The position numbers and the translations under genes are program-made. A DNA stretch of 55,159 nt, the filler included, from Basidiobolus ranarum (taxonomy: Eukaryota), in assembly GCA_040143965.1 (NCBI GenBank). It is 3 parts of 3 records of this genome, joined end to end, with 100 filler letters (N's around TTAATTAATTAA, not from the genome) between each part and the next. Parts side by side here need not be neighbours in the genome. Positions count along the whole stretch, not along the records: positions 18,481 to 36,800 come from JASJQH010007155.1; positions 36,901 to 55,159 come from JASJQH010007156.1; 1 more part is not named here. One strand, given 5' to 3'. Below the pieces are notes generated by a model. That model was not told the DNA's origin, did not search any database, and saw only the letters and a program-made list of their open reading frames with translations. Below, one piece after another: positions 22,576 to 37,497 of this stretch (the stretch's first letter is position 1; every line of letters starts with the position of its first letter).

Positions 22576-25025
22576 TATGTTGCCAAGGGGAACCGTTACT
22601 TGTTCGCAATATACGGTGTAAGTAAGGCTAAGTGATAAGCCAATTTCTCAATGAGGGGTAGCCTTCAGATGAAGCATTCCTTTTATGTAACTTCTGATGG
22701 GGTGAGCCCTATGACTAAGAATTCTTTTAGACTTTGAGTAAAATGTCCACTTGATTGCTGATTGAAGGAGAGCTTAGTGCGGAAAGCTAGTGGCATACTA
22801 AAACCCTGGCTGAAATACAAATAACTGAATGAAACTCGTCTCCGTATTCGTCTATTCAATGTTCTAAACGATGTATGCACCTAAATTGAATACCCATCGT
22901 AGTATAAAGCTTGAATAGACGGTGTGACGAATCAGGTGCTCCAAGACCTTCATTTCCGCAGAATAAGAAATCATCGAAAACTGACTGTTTGGCATGTCTC
23001 TACAAACACAATATGGAACACGTGCTCTCGGGACGACTGATCCTTAGATGTACAAGATCAGTTGAGCACCTAATATGGATTCCACGAACTCTATTTGATT
23101 TCCCAACTGAGAGGAGACAATACTCTTCTATTAATTATGCGTCAGACCTAGACCTTGCTTCAGATCAGACCCATGCCTTACCGACATATGATTTTATTTC
23201 CTTTTATGGGAAGGGTCCCCTTCGCCCCTGGTTCCTCAATCATCTGATCCCTAGCAATTGCCATTCGCCAACCAGGGCTGGTGTAGAGAGTACAATATGA
23301 AGTGTGTGATTCAGATGGACAATCCATCGGCTACTGTAGATCAGCTAAACTGGAAAAAACCGGGCCCTGAAACAGAACTCAACTAAATAGTCTCTGACAC
23401 AGGTTGCAAACTACCAAAGAAAGAGAAATTGGCACAAGACTGTTGAGGATTTCTCAAACGTATTCCTCTGTCCACTAGCAGCAGTTGGGTGAACAGGTTT
23501 TTGCTTGGCTATCTCTTACGATACTTGGGTTTTGCTTTAGAACTGGCCACCCCTATACCATTGTCATTGGTTCACAATGGAGCCAGAATGGAAGATGGCC
23601 GTTTTGGTGTCTGCATTAGAAAGCCAAGAAGCGTAGTATGAGTCCAAAAATAAACTGCCCTCCATCAAGGCACATCTATATATATCGACCTGCTGTCAGA
23701 TCATGACACAAGACCATGTGATTGCTCTGTCGGATAATTAGACATTAATCTGAATATTGACAGGCAAGTTTTAGCATGTGGTGCTAGCTAATATGTGGAT
23801 TAATGTAGAATATTGGTGCGCAAGCTGTGCTCACTCCAATCTGATACGCAAGGGAACTTCCCTCTTCCGTTTCTTGATTGATGAGGCAAGTGGTGTTTCA
23901 TTCAGTAATGACATACCAGACAAACACAGAGAATCTCCATGCTGATTCTTATATTCAAACTGGTGTACTGCATATATCTATACTGCACAAAGCCAACCTT
24001 GCAGCGGGTCTGTCTTGCTATTCATTGCTATATTGAGAGTATTCTAATGATATACCAGCCAGACTGAATATGAGTAATGTGTCCAGGATCAGTCCCTGGA
24101 AGTCTCTTATTGAAGCGCAATTCCTCTTTGTAGGATGATCTTATTCACTAGTAAGCTTACTTTCGACCTCAAACAACTTGGCTTGGGAGATTTCCTTCTT
24201 AATTTCTTAGCAACCATATAGAAGATCAACATACTTCCAACTCCACCCAAGGCCTCTTTCCCCATCATCCCACCCAATCTGACAGGGTGTTCAGTCTTGA
24301 TCTCACTAAGATCCTCCTTTCATCTATCCATCTTGAATCACCCAGCTGGGTAATAATGATAGTATACAGTTGTATGAAATCTAGCATGACAATAAACCAT
24401 GCTTGTTTAGGAGCCTGGGAATGGTTCTAAATCATTCAACACATTCTGTGCCTTCACCGCGTTTAATCAAGCTCTCTAAAGGGACATTTATTTCTCACGA
24501 CTTATCAATCAAACTATTGATGAAAATACCTAAAGGAAACGCTAGTGAGCCATCCACTGTCTGTTCACGAGCTGGTTCATATTTCCATAAGTGAAGAAAT
24601 GAGTTCTCAAGACTTTGGTGGAATATTAAAATTCTATTCTAGTTGAGAACACTACGTTACATCACATTGCAGACCCAAGTCACTTTTGAGCTGATAAATG
24701 CATTTGAGTTCAGGATCAACATACACCATTCCCCTCTCCAACTGTACACACGCAACTTGAAGGGAAAACTGAACATTTGCGGTAAGCAATATACAGATTG
24801 GCTCAGTCATGGAATCAATGTTTATTGTACCACTGGGACTCTTTAGTCGTCAAATTACATTACACGCAACTTTATTTGGCTCGGCATAAAGGGTGCAAAT
24901 AAGTGGGTCCGTAGATCCCAACGAAGGTATCTTTACTGGAGTGAAACTAAAAGAGTAGTGAGACCTATATACGGCTCCACGGTATACAGAAATTAGAGTT
25001 TAAAAGTGGAAATAAACGTCGTAAA

Positions 25026-26538
<1,513 letters not shown>

Positions 26539-27863
26539 AGTAGAGGTTTTTAGAGTCTAGATATACCAAGCCCTCTTCAGTGTTGTAGTTACGGCTGGTT
26601 CTTTGTATTTGTTCTATCCAACTTGGATCATTTTTCCCAAAACAAGACGCAAGCCAATCACATGATATATTCAATGTGAAAAAGACCACAGGATTCATAC
26701 TATTAAGCATTATTGAATGATATGGCAGCAAATGTTACGCATCTTGTAGCTAAATCATTGCTTAAAGTGGGGTCTGGTTAATTCAGTCTAGACGGCTGGG
26801 CTCATAAACTTGATTGGCAATTGTAAATATTCACGTATACAGTAAGTACCATTACAAAAGGAAATCTACTAGTTCCAGCCATCATTTTGTAACACCCAAT
26901 CCAATCCTTGCCGCAAATTGATTGTTATGCGCAGATTAATTTAAATTTGAACAGCAATTAGTCTTGCATAGCGATAGACACCCACTGATATTGATGCAAT
27001 ACACTCCTGGTTAATCCACATCTCATTGTATCCTATCAAAGAGCCCCACAATATCTCTTTCAGCATGCTCATTGAAGCTCCAAAACACTTATTTATGACT
27101 CCACGGGGGTATCTGACACATGAATTCGCCACCCCTCTTTCCACAGTTGACCCAACATCAGTCAGTAATTCATCTTTCTGCTCCGGCAAGAGTAGCAAGA
27201 TCTGGCCTCAACTATAACTGGGCACCTGCTCTAATTCCTGCGCTCGTCGGGTATCGGTAATCACCGAGTAGGAAAGCACCACCCGACCATCTTCTCTAGA
27301 GGAAGTGCACTGAAGGTTCCCTGCATTCAACTTCGTGCATCTTAGGGTGCTTTCTGTACAGAATATATTCATAATCATTTGGACTCAGGGAAATTACTTT
27401 TATTAAGAACCGCTGCATACAGTAGGAATCAGAAATACTTTCAATGATATGCCTAGTGTATTTAGACAGCCTTTTAAGCATGCTTGGCAATGATGCCATG
27501 AGTACACATATAATCCATCTGGTTATAGGCTTAGATTGGTAGGCCAGTAGGAAGATTAATCAAGAAATGGACCTAAGCCATACAAGCAGTTCATTAGCTC
27601 AATTGAACTGAAACAGATGACAATCCTCGATTGAATGAAAGAAAAAAGCAGGATAGTTAAAAAATGAAAGTCAGTGATAGAATGGAACAACTGTAATGGA
27701 AAGTGGAATTTTATGGCTGAGATGTTGAGAGTGCAAGTATGAGTGTAAGAATAGTAGTGTATAGTGTATACATATTTAAAAAAAGACAATGAAAATGGCA
27801 AGCTGGCTTGGTTGAAACCATGCTACTTCGCATCGCCTTGATTTATCTTTTGATCTGCTGCTC

Positions 27864-28729
<866 letters not shown>

Positions 28730-29107
28730 TTTGATTCAGTTGGTGGATTTAAGTACTTTTCGTTCCCAAATTGGGTATCAACCGACAACAACAAGCTCAA
28801 GAAACAATCTAGGACGTCGGAAAGTGTTAGTACGTTTGGGGGCCCCGCTCTACAACAAATCCCAATTGGTGCTGGGGTCATCCCAGCACTTGCACATACC
28901 ATGGCATTTCTCAATAAACAGATCTCCTGATTTCTTAACCCCAATGAAAGTGGTGAATCTCCTCGAACTCCTGGCAGATTATGAAAATCAGCCATTCTCT
29001 CCCCACAAATTTGACTAAATTCACCCTCCCCCACACAATTCCTCTGTCATAGCATCATCATTCCAAACCATGATCACAGTAATTAGATCAATCATGACGA
29101 TAGCGTC

Positions 29108-29129
29108 TTAGGGCTAGGGCTAGGGTTAG
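29108..29129 (+). promoter_or_regulatory. Telobox/Homol-E-like (T/C)TAGGG tandem in the NDUFS8-RPS26 divergent promoter
   Basis: TTAGGGCTAGGGCTAGGGTTAG. Confidence 0.45.
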
Positions 29130-29580
29130 TCAGGCCAAATGCTCAGCATTCGTAAAGATCCGGGTCCCAAGCGTTCAGACAAACAGCGTGTCATTCGTGT
29201 ACCGAGATCTCAACTGATGATAAGCTTGATCCTCTAAGGATAAGAATGATTGGGCCAATTGGATTACCGAATATCGAATCTCTAGACTATCCGGAAACTC
29301 GCTGTAGGGTTAAGTTAACATAAGTTCTTGTTTAAAAATATGGAGATTTCCAAGTGGGCAGCGGAATCGCAACGGGTTATGGATGATTTGTTTTTGCAAA
29401 AAAGATCTAGATTCTTCAGAAAATTGGGATTTGGTAAGGAAGGCTAAGGCCAGCTAGCGATGGCTACAGATACAGTGAAAAAAAGATTTTCTCGGGAATC
29501 TGAAATGAGTGAATAAAATTCCTGTTGCTCGCTGAGAGTTCCGTCTTTTCACCCATTTATTCTTTGTGAAATCTACCATC

Positions 29581-30047
29581 ATGGTAAGTACACTAATTAT
29601 CTCGTTGGCATTGTGAATGGATGGATCGTCAATATGACTAGATTACCCTTGCTTTATCTGCACTCAACTCACCATATTTTCTTTGTGTATTGACAGACCA
29701 CGAAGAGAAGAAATCACGGACGTAACAAGAGTGGACGCGGTCACGTTAAACCTGTCCGTTGCGTAAACTGTGCTCGTTGCGTTCCCAAGGATAAGGCCAT
29801 CAAGCGTTTCACCATCCGTAATATGGTTGAATCCGCTGCCGTCCGTGATCTTAAGGAAGCTTCCGTTTATGCTGAATATGCTCTTCCTAAGTTGTACGTC
29901 AAATTGCACTACTGCATCTCTTGCGCTATTCATCAACACATTGTCCGTGTTCGTTCCTGTGTTGGTCGTAGAATCAGAACCCCCCCTCCTAGATTCAGAT
30001 TTGACAAAGATGGAAAGAAGCCTGCCGCTGCCACCAAGACTGCTTAA
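29581..30047 (+). CDS. RPS26: 40S ribosomal protein eS26
   Basis: ATG-only exon, intron 29584-29696, then [38 protein letters not shown]...YCISCAIH. Confidence 0.97.
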
Positions 30048-30475
30048 GTGTAGTTCGACCCTTGGCGGAGCAGTTCTTATCTATTGATCTTCACAATAAA
30101 TCATAAGAGCTTCAATCATTTGGCCATCGTTTGTTTCTATTCTATCTATTTGGTTTAGTCGGTCAAATCTGCCGATCCCACCGCACTTATTTCCAAGTGT
30201 CGATTGTTGGCCAATTTTTACTTGAGACATGTTGTGTATAACTTGGATTGCATGCTATCTAAACCTGAGGTAGATTGCTTCTCATGTTCGCCGGTATAAA
30301 GCTATAAAGTTCATTACTACAATGTCGAGAACTAATACTTAATTCACGTACGCGTTTATTGCGTTAGGGTAAATGAGCATAGTAGTAATATGTATGTGGT
30401 CAGAATAGGAACTGTGAAGTATACAAAAGTTTGGATATATAAATTTAATTTTTTGGCTGGACGGTCAGGAGTGAA

Positions 30476-33448
30476 CTATAGCAACTCGGCGTCTTCCAAA
30501 TACCGGTATTCAAGCCTGTGCAAGTGTCGCTGTTAGTTGGAGGTAAATGGGTGGAAAGAGGCAAATTATAAATCCACTCACCTGAATTCGGTTTTCTTAC
30601 GCTGACACCAAGCTCCTTCGTAATCGAAATAAATATAAGTTCCTTGCTCATAATCTTCCGTGATTGTCTTGGGCTCTTCGTGGCGTTGGAACCATGTAAG
30701 ATATTTTTTGTGAAACCGCCATGATTGCTTCTTGAGTTCTCGAGCTGCAAGATATCTATGGAAATATGAAGCCTACGTTAAGGACACGATAGCAACAGCT
30801 ACAATGTATCAAGATTACTTACTGTTGGTAAGTTCCTTGTTGATAATAGAATATGAAAAACAAGGTATCCAAGTCGAATCTCTCATAGAAAGCGGGGTTA
30901 TTGAGAACTGGCATGACGGTTTGAGGGTAATAACTGGGAGTAGAGACTGGACTTTTTGGAGTGTAGAATTTAGGCCTTTTGAAAAGGGGAAACATTAGTC
31001 AAGGACGAACAATGATTATTAAGAAGCTTATGGTAGTAAACGCACTTCTCTAGATCCATATTATCAGGCATACACATAAAGCTAGCTTCAAGCATGTCTT
31101 GATCTTCGGGGTAGTTTCCTCCTTCCACTATGTCACAGATCTATTAGATAATGAATGCAAAATGAGTTGCATAGACACATTACCTTTATCTTTAATAGAA
31201 TCCAATGAAGGCACCAAGTCTATAAGAACCGGTGGAATATGATTGTCCACCTCAGGAAGTTGATTTTCCTCTTGTGAAGTATCGGAATTAACACTTGATT
31301 GCTGAGGCTAGCTAAGTGTTAGAAATGTTTTAATCGTGGTACATTCTTGATTGCTCATGAATACCTCATCCAGTCCAATGGGGTTTGTAGGTGCGGCTTG
31401 AGTAGTGCTCTTAGGTTCCTCATCACGCGATAGCAACTGATTCTCGGAGGGGAATATTTGTGCCATATCAACTTGTATATCTCGAACGTTGGAGGCCAAG
31501 CGATCTGATTGATTATTAAGCCCAGGAATATCTATCGTTTTCGGTTGTTGTATTTCGGAGGTTTCCCTCATCGACTCGGTTCTCATTTTACCAGTATCTT
31601 CCGATAGTCCAAGCCTTCCATCTGTGATACGTTGTCATTTCAAAACGTGCTTGCTTATGTAATATAGTCAAAAATAACAAACCTTTAGGACTTGTTAGCT
31701 CTTCCGACTTGGGTTCGTTCGAGATAGTACTGGTAGTTGGTGAGGGATGAATGGAGACAGCGGAGGAATATGAGGGATGGGTTAGTGGAGGCGTAGCAGG
31801 TATCTTGGGATTAATGGATTTAACTAAGATCGACGCGACAGAGGGTTTATCTGAGCTAGTAACTGGCGATATAGGTGTCGTAGGAGCAGCTTAAAATTGT
31901 AGTTTAAAGTATTGTTAGGCCTTAAAGTTAGTACCGAATTTTTTTGAGTAAAAAATACTCACTGTTGTCAGGTGTATTGTCTTTAGATGTGGAGACAGTA
32001 ATTTCTTTGGATATAATTAGCATGTTTGCATGTTATCTCATAAAAGCAGGAATTGTACCAACTTCGAGCGTTTGAAACGATTCCTTTGATCGTCGATGAG
32101 TTTGGTGAAGGTGACGACATCGATACCTATTACCAATGATTGAGACGGGTTAACAAAAGAGTGTCACTCTAATTTGATATTTGAAGAATACCTCATCCTC
32201 TTTGGCACTGCGTCTATCTTCCCTTTCAGACTTGAAAATTGTTAGATGTCTCTATAAAAAACGTATTCAGGTGCAAAGCACTTATTATGTTACTGCAAAC
32301 CTCTTTCTGACTCCGGGAATCTAGTCGTTATCGATGATATTTTATATTAAATATTGAAGATAAATCCCTGGTTCTAGATTGACAAAATACCTTCATACAC
32401 AGAACCGTGGCTACTTAAAGGCTCTTCATTGCCAATTTGATAAAGCTCCTCCTCTTCCTCCAAATTTAGATCTTCATATACATATTCATCTTCCTCAAAA
32501 TCCGATTCCTAACCCATTTTCTGGTTATATAACTGGATTATGATATACTGTAGATAACATAATCACCTCATGTGCTTCAAGATAATAATTCATCGTTTCT
32601 TGTATATCCTCGACCTATTTGATGTGCGGTATTAACAAGAAGCCAAAAACACTCGCAACAATAGACTCAATCACCTTCTCCGCTTCGATTCTACCATTCT
32701 CCAGTAAACGGAGAATAAGCTCAAGTCGATTTATATGATATTTGTTTCTCTCCACTATGTATCCTACTTGTCCTAATCTCTCCATCTTGTTCGAGTCCTT
32801 TTTACCTTTCTTCATGGCAGCCTCCAGAATTTCCTCCTCGGCTCCTAGACGTTCTATTTTCTCGCCAAGTTGATCAACTGTAGATATCACCCATTGACAA
32901 GCCTCCATCTTTTTTCTCTCCTGTGGATCGAGACGAGCAGACTGACTTAAACCTTCCTTGGAATATGCTTTGGTTTTCATCTCCTTTTCACATGCTTTGA
33001 ATTTTTCCATTTGCTGTTGGGTCGGATAAAGGTAGTTAGTTCCCTGGACTTTCTCCAAAACATAAACTATACAAGATGAACTTTTATAGAGAAAAATAAA
33101 GATACAATTCGAAAGGTTTACTTGCCTGCTCTATGAGCTTTCTGTTTTCAATTAGTACACGTTTATCTTTTATTTCATTGGAAGAAATCCAACTTTTAAT
33201 CTGATCACGTTGTCGTTGTAGTTTTTTAATCTCTTTTTTTAAGTCTTGCTCCAACTTTTCCTTCTGGTTATTATTACTTGTCGATTGGATTTTTTCGTGG
33301 ACTTCTTCAAAAGATTCTACTCCTTCAGTTACCTTCTTCAATACCCGATCGATTTCGGCTTTAAGTAAGGAGTAAGAATATTAATGTTAAACTGCTTATT
33401 ACTTTCGCTATTCCTGAGGATGAATATACCTTGTAATTTTCGACTCAT
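30476..33448 (-). CDS. NOT3: CCR4-NOT subunit Not3/Not5 (CNOT3), multi-exon
   Basis: N-terminal [19 protein letters not shown] and [22 protein letters not shown]-terminal NOT box [41 protein letters not shown]...EYRYLED. Middle exons are uncertain. Confidence 0.92.
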
Positions 33449-33942
33449 GTTAGGAATTCGTTATAGGGAGAGGTTAGTGAGCTTAGGGTTACTGGGAATT
33501 TTGGTAGCACTAGTATAAGCTCTTGTGGATCTTAGACTAGTTTTTCCAATGAGAAAGAATTCCGCATGATCCTTAGAGATTCCAACCATCTTTAGGGGGA
33601 TCAGGGATATTATCCGCATTTAGTGAATGAAATGATCCGAATCATGACTTGAGAGTTAAAATTAGGTTATAAGTTTTAAGTTAAAAACCGCGATATGATA
33701 AAGTCATGTAATCTAAGGACTATAATATCATTAAATATCAGCTTTTCAGAAAAATATCGATCAATATATAATTTTAATGATGATAAAATCATCGAAAATA
33801 TTTACTCCACACCAAGGTATATATCCCCCAATATCACGTGTGAAAAAATTTGAACAATTTTCTCGCCACACCGAAATAATTAGAACGGAATTCAATAACA
33901 GCAAGACCTGCTTGACCTTCAACGTAGTATATCTCTATCAAA

Positions 33943-34736
33943 ATGGTAAGTGCTTGTGCCTAGTCATTTATATCTCTCCAAATTTGTATTAAAAATATAA
34001 ACAGGCTTTCTCTATGCAAACCCGTGCCGTCCTTCGCACCGTCGCTCGCCACACCTTGGTGAAGTAAGTTAGCTTTATGTAGTTTTATGCTCATGTAACT
34101 TTTCTCTTACAAACAGTCAGTAGCCAGGCTCCACGTACTGCTTTTGCCTCACTTTTGGTAAAGCGTCAGTCTTTCTACTCAACTGAGGCCGCTCCTACTC
34201 CTGGTAGTGATAAAGCTGTTAGTCCTAAGATTAACAAAATCGTCGATGAGATATCTGGTTTGACTCTATTAGAGACTGCTGACTTGGTAAAGCTATTGAA
34301 GGAAAAACTCAACATCCAAGATATTGCTGCTCCAGTTATGCAGGTTGCCGCTGCCGCCCCAACTGCTGCTGCTGCTGAGGTAATTGTTCTGCTCACTTTT
34401 AAATTGCTGCAAGATACAAGCCCTAATGCTTTATTGTAGGAGGAGAAGGCACCCGAAAAGACTATGTTCAATGTTAAACTTGATAAATTTGACGCTGCTT
34501 CCAAGGCTAAGATCATCCGTGAAATCAAGGGAATCATTCCCGGATGTAATTTGGTTGAGGTAATGGAATTTTGGTGATTACCGTGCACGAAGATATGATC
34601 TAATTCAGTTCTTTTGTAGGCCAAGAAATTCGTTGAAAGCGCCCCCAAGGTCATTAAGGAAAATGTCCCCAAGGAAGAAGCTGAAAACCTCAAGAAAACT
34701 CTAGAAGCTCTTGGTGCTACTATTGTTATGGAATAA
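33943..34736 (+). CDS. MRPL12: Mitochondrial ribosomal protein bL12m
   Basis: [39 protein letters not shown] and LEALGA. ATG-only first exon. Confidence 0.92.
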
Positions 34737-36154
34737 GTTAGAAATTATATTTATGAATATGTTAGAAAAGGAAGACCGCCTCATTCAACATCTCTTTTCT
34801 TTGTAATCTTATGTTGTCACCAATTTTCAAGTTTTTTTTTCAATAAAGTCTGGCATCTTTCTTGTTAAGCACGAGGAATACGTTGTGCACCGATTCCCTC
34901 CGAGTCTTGGAAACTCGCCAAGTCAATCACCTTATTCTAGACTCTAACAATGGTGGCGAATGAGTTATAGTTTGTGAAGTGCTCATTGATCTATCGTTCA
35001 TAATGCCATCTTGTTATTTAGAGCTTTAATTCCCAAGTTAATTTTCTCACGGTTCCCAAATAATAAGTGCAACATATGAATCTATAAATTAGCAAAGCAA
35101 TAAGGTATAGTGAGGCTCTAAAGCAATGCAAATCTTGATAGATATCGACGTTCAATCAATGCATGTTTGAATTCGAAAGAATACATATAGACCGTATCCA
35201 GTTTCAATCATCAAGAATAAGTTGCACTGACCGAAGCGAGGACTGCCCCAAGCAATGTGACAAAATGATATAGAGAGATGTGGCCCATATTTCTTTCATA
35301 TGAACAGCCAATGACGTGCCGCTACTATACAAACATTTGATGTTGGTCTCACTTTTCCAATCTAACCCTAGACCTAAGAATGACAAATCTTATAATTCAG
35401 TGTAGCATTTATATCTCTGTATATTTGGCATTAGCATAGTTAGTTCCTATTGTTTTAATGATTATGTCACAAGCTTAGATAAGCATTGAGGACCCCATCT
35501 CAGTTGGCTATTCCATCAAGAGTTCACGTAAAACCTAACCTCTCATTCAACAGCAACAATCATTGGGCAATATATTCCGAATAAACTAGTTTTCATTCAA
35601 TACGTAAGATATTTTACATACGTGTTTTAAGAGTCAACTAATCTGCTTCATTTCCAAAGCACTGGCCAGCTTGGGCGCTGAATACATCGAGTTATTTGGC
35701 TTATGCTGCAAGTATTGGTACTCTGTCCGTATTACGTACCATGCTCACGGTTTAATGCTATAGCTTATAGGGTACAACATACTTGGTCTAATCATTAAAT
35801 ATATGTACAACTCCAGCAATAAATGCACTGCATTTCTTAATTTCTATTTATTTCTGCAATTGGACAATAGCACTTCAATGAGTGCCTAATTACTGCATGT
35901 TAGGTATACTTGCATCAATTTCCAAACATAGACGATAAACATATACCAATGTTACTGCAATGAATGATAATCGTTCCCGGAATTTGGCTCATTGCACTAA
36001 ATACTTTGATGTCAGTTGCTAGTTGTAATTCAATGTAAGTTTGCAGAATCTTGAGCAATATATTAAATCTTAAGCTCACTATCGTGTTGATGTAAAAACG
36101 TGTTTATTTAATAATTTGATGGTAAAATTTTCGATAAGATACGTTGTTATCATA

Positions 36155-36800
36155 TTAACGTTGGTTTGCTTTCGTTCCTCTAGCAGAATCTAACATCACC
36201 TGCCCCGATTGCTTCTCCATCTCTCCTTCTAGGGCCATTCGCTCATTGCCTACCATGTGACCAACACTTTCCTTGATAGTTCCCTTTACTTTCTCCATTA
36301 TTCCGCCAAAGCTAGTGGGATGATTGTCTCGTGAAATATACGTATGCTCCTCAGGGAAGTCTCCAGGCATGCGTTGATTATGGGCGGCATTATAGGTAGC
36401 ATTGTTATCTCCTAGGATATTTCCAGTAGGGTCACTTTTCTCGGTTTCGGTAGGGAAGGCTGAATACTCGTTTGGCCGATTATAACCAACACTTCCGCGC
36501 GCACGTTTTTCGTACGAAAGCCCATCTTCATTCAAATCCCTTGCATTGCTTGTGTTGTCATAACTTTGGATGTCTGTAATATCCCTACCTGAGTGGCCAA
36601 TGAATGTCGGGTCATTAACACTCATATCTTGAAATTTGGTTTCTATCGGCTGCTCATTGGTATTGAAACGGTGCTGATCCATCAAGCCAGCAACCCCTGT
36701 ACCGAGTACAAGCCCTCTTGCGCCCCCTTTTTCATTAGTGGGAGTGGATTCACCTAGAGAAGTATACGAACTAGGGTTATTCTGGTAGGAGTTTGGATTC
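36155..36800 (-). CDS. Hydrophilic stress protein with a C-terminal CsbD-like domain (5' end runs into the gap)
   Basis: EKVKGTIKESVGHMVGNERMALEG resembles CsbD/LEA-like helical hairpins. The frame appears open up to the gap. Confidence 0.6.
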
Positions 36801-36900
36801 NNNNNNNNNNNNNNNNNNNNNNNNNNNNNNNNNNNNNNNNNNNNTTAATTAATTAANNNNNNNNNNNNNNNNNNNNNNNNNNNNNNNNNNNNNNNNNNNN
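36801..36900. other. Assembly gap (N-run with TTAATTAATTAA linker)
   Basis: N-run. Confidence 0.95.
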
Positions 36901-37497
36901 TAATTATCCAACACCTTCCCTTAATTCTTATTCAGCATTGTGCTTATATTCACTAATGCCTATTCCTGCTCTTAACTTCTCAAAGCTTGAAGTTTTGAGT
37001 GGTTTTGTTAGCCCCACCTTCCCCCGTCGCATTCACCATAATTCTAGTTTATTTTTATATACAGATTTTACCCATTAATACATATCCCGAAATAAATTTC
37101 CAACACTGAACATTCCACTGCTTTCATTTGGTCAATGTTACCACATTGCAACTGTTCAATTAGTATTCTCTCCTTTTTTGATATTAGGTACAATCTTACT
37201 CTCAAGCTTAATGCTTGATCAAATTTGACTCTAGAAACCAAGCATCCGCCGCCCTCCATATTTGTACCAACTAGATGATCGGTAATATTTAGGGTCGGTA
37301 ACTAAAAGGAATCTTCCATAGTTAAAGTCAAGAAAGGACTGTCACTTATGTTCCATAATAAACAAAATTTATTTACATGTTTAAACAATGAGAGTTAATA
37401 AATTACATAGAAACCACTAGCAATTCGGTCAGATGGTTCTAAAATCAATTGGAAATGTGGAACTCGCAAGATGTAAACGTTCAATGTGGATCTTCTT

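Noticed and set aside
22911-24340. 129-aa ORF and adjacent coding-like DNA upstream of the exchanger
   Set aside because: No recognisable motifs; possibly an old transposon relic but unsupported.
26941-27499. Two short minus-strand ORFs between ARP1 and NDUFS8
   Set aside because: Different frames, no clear splice path and no recognisable family.
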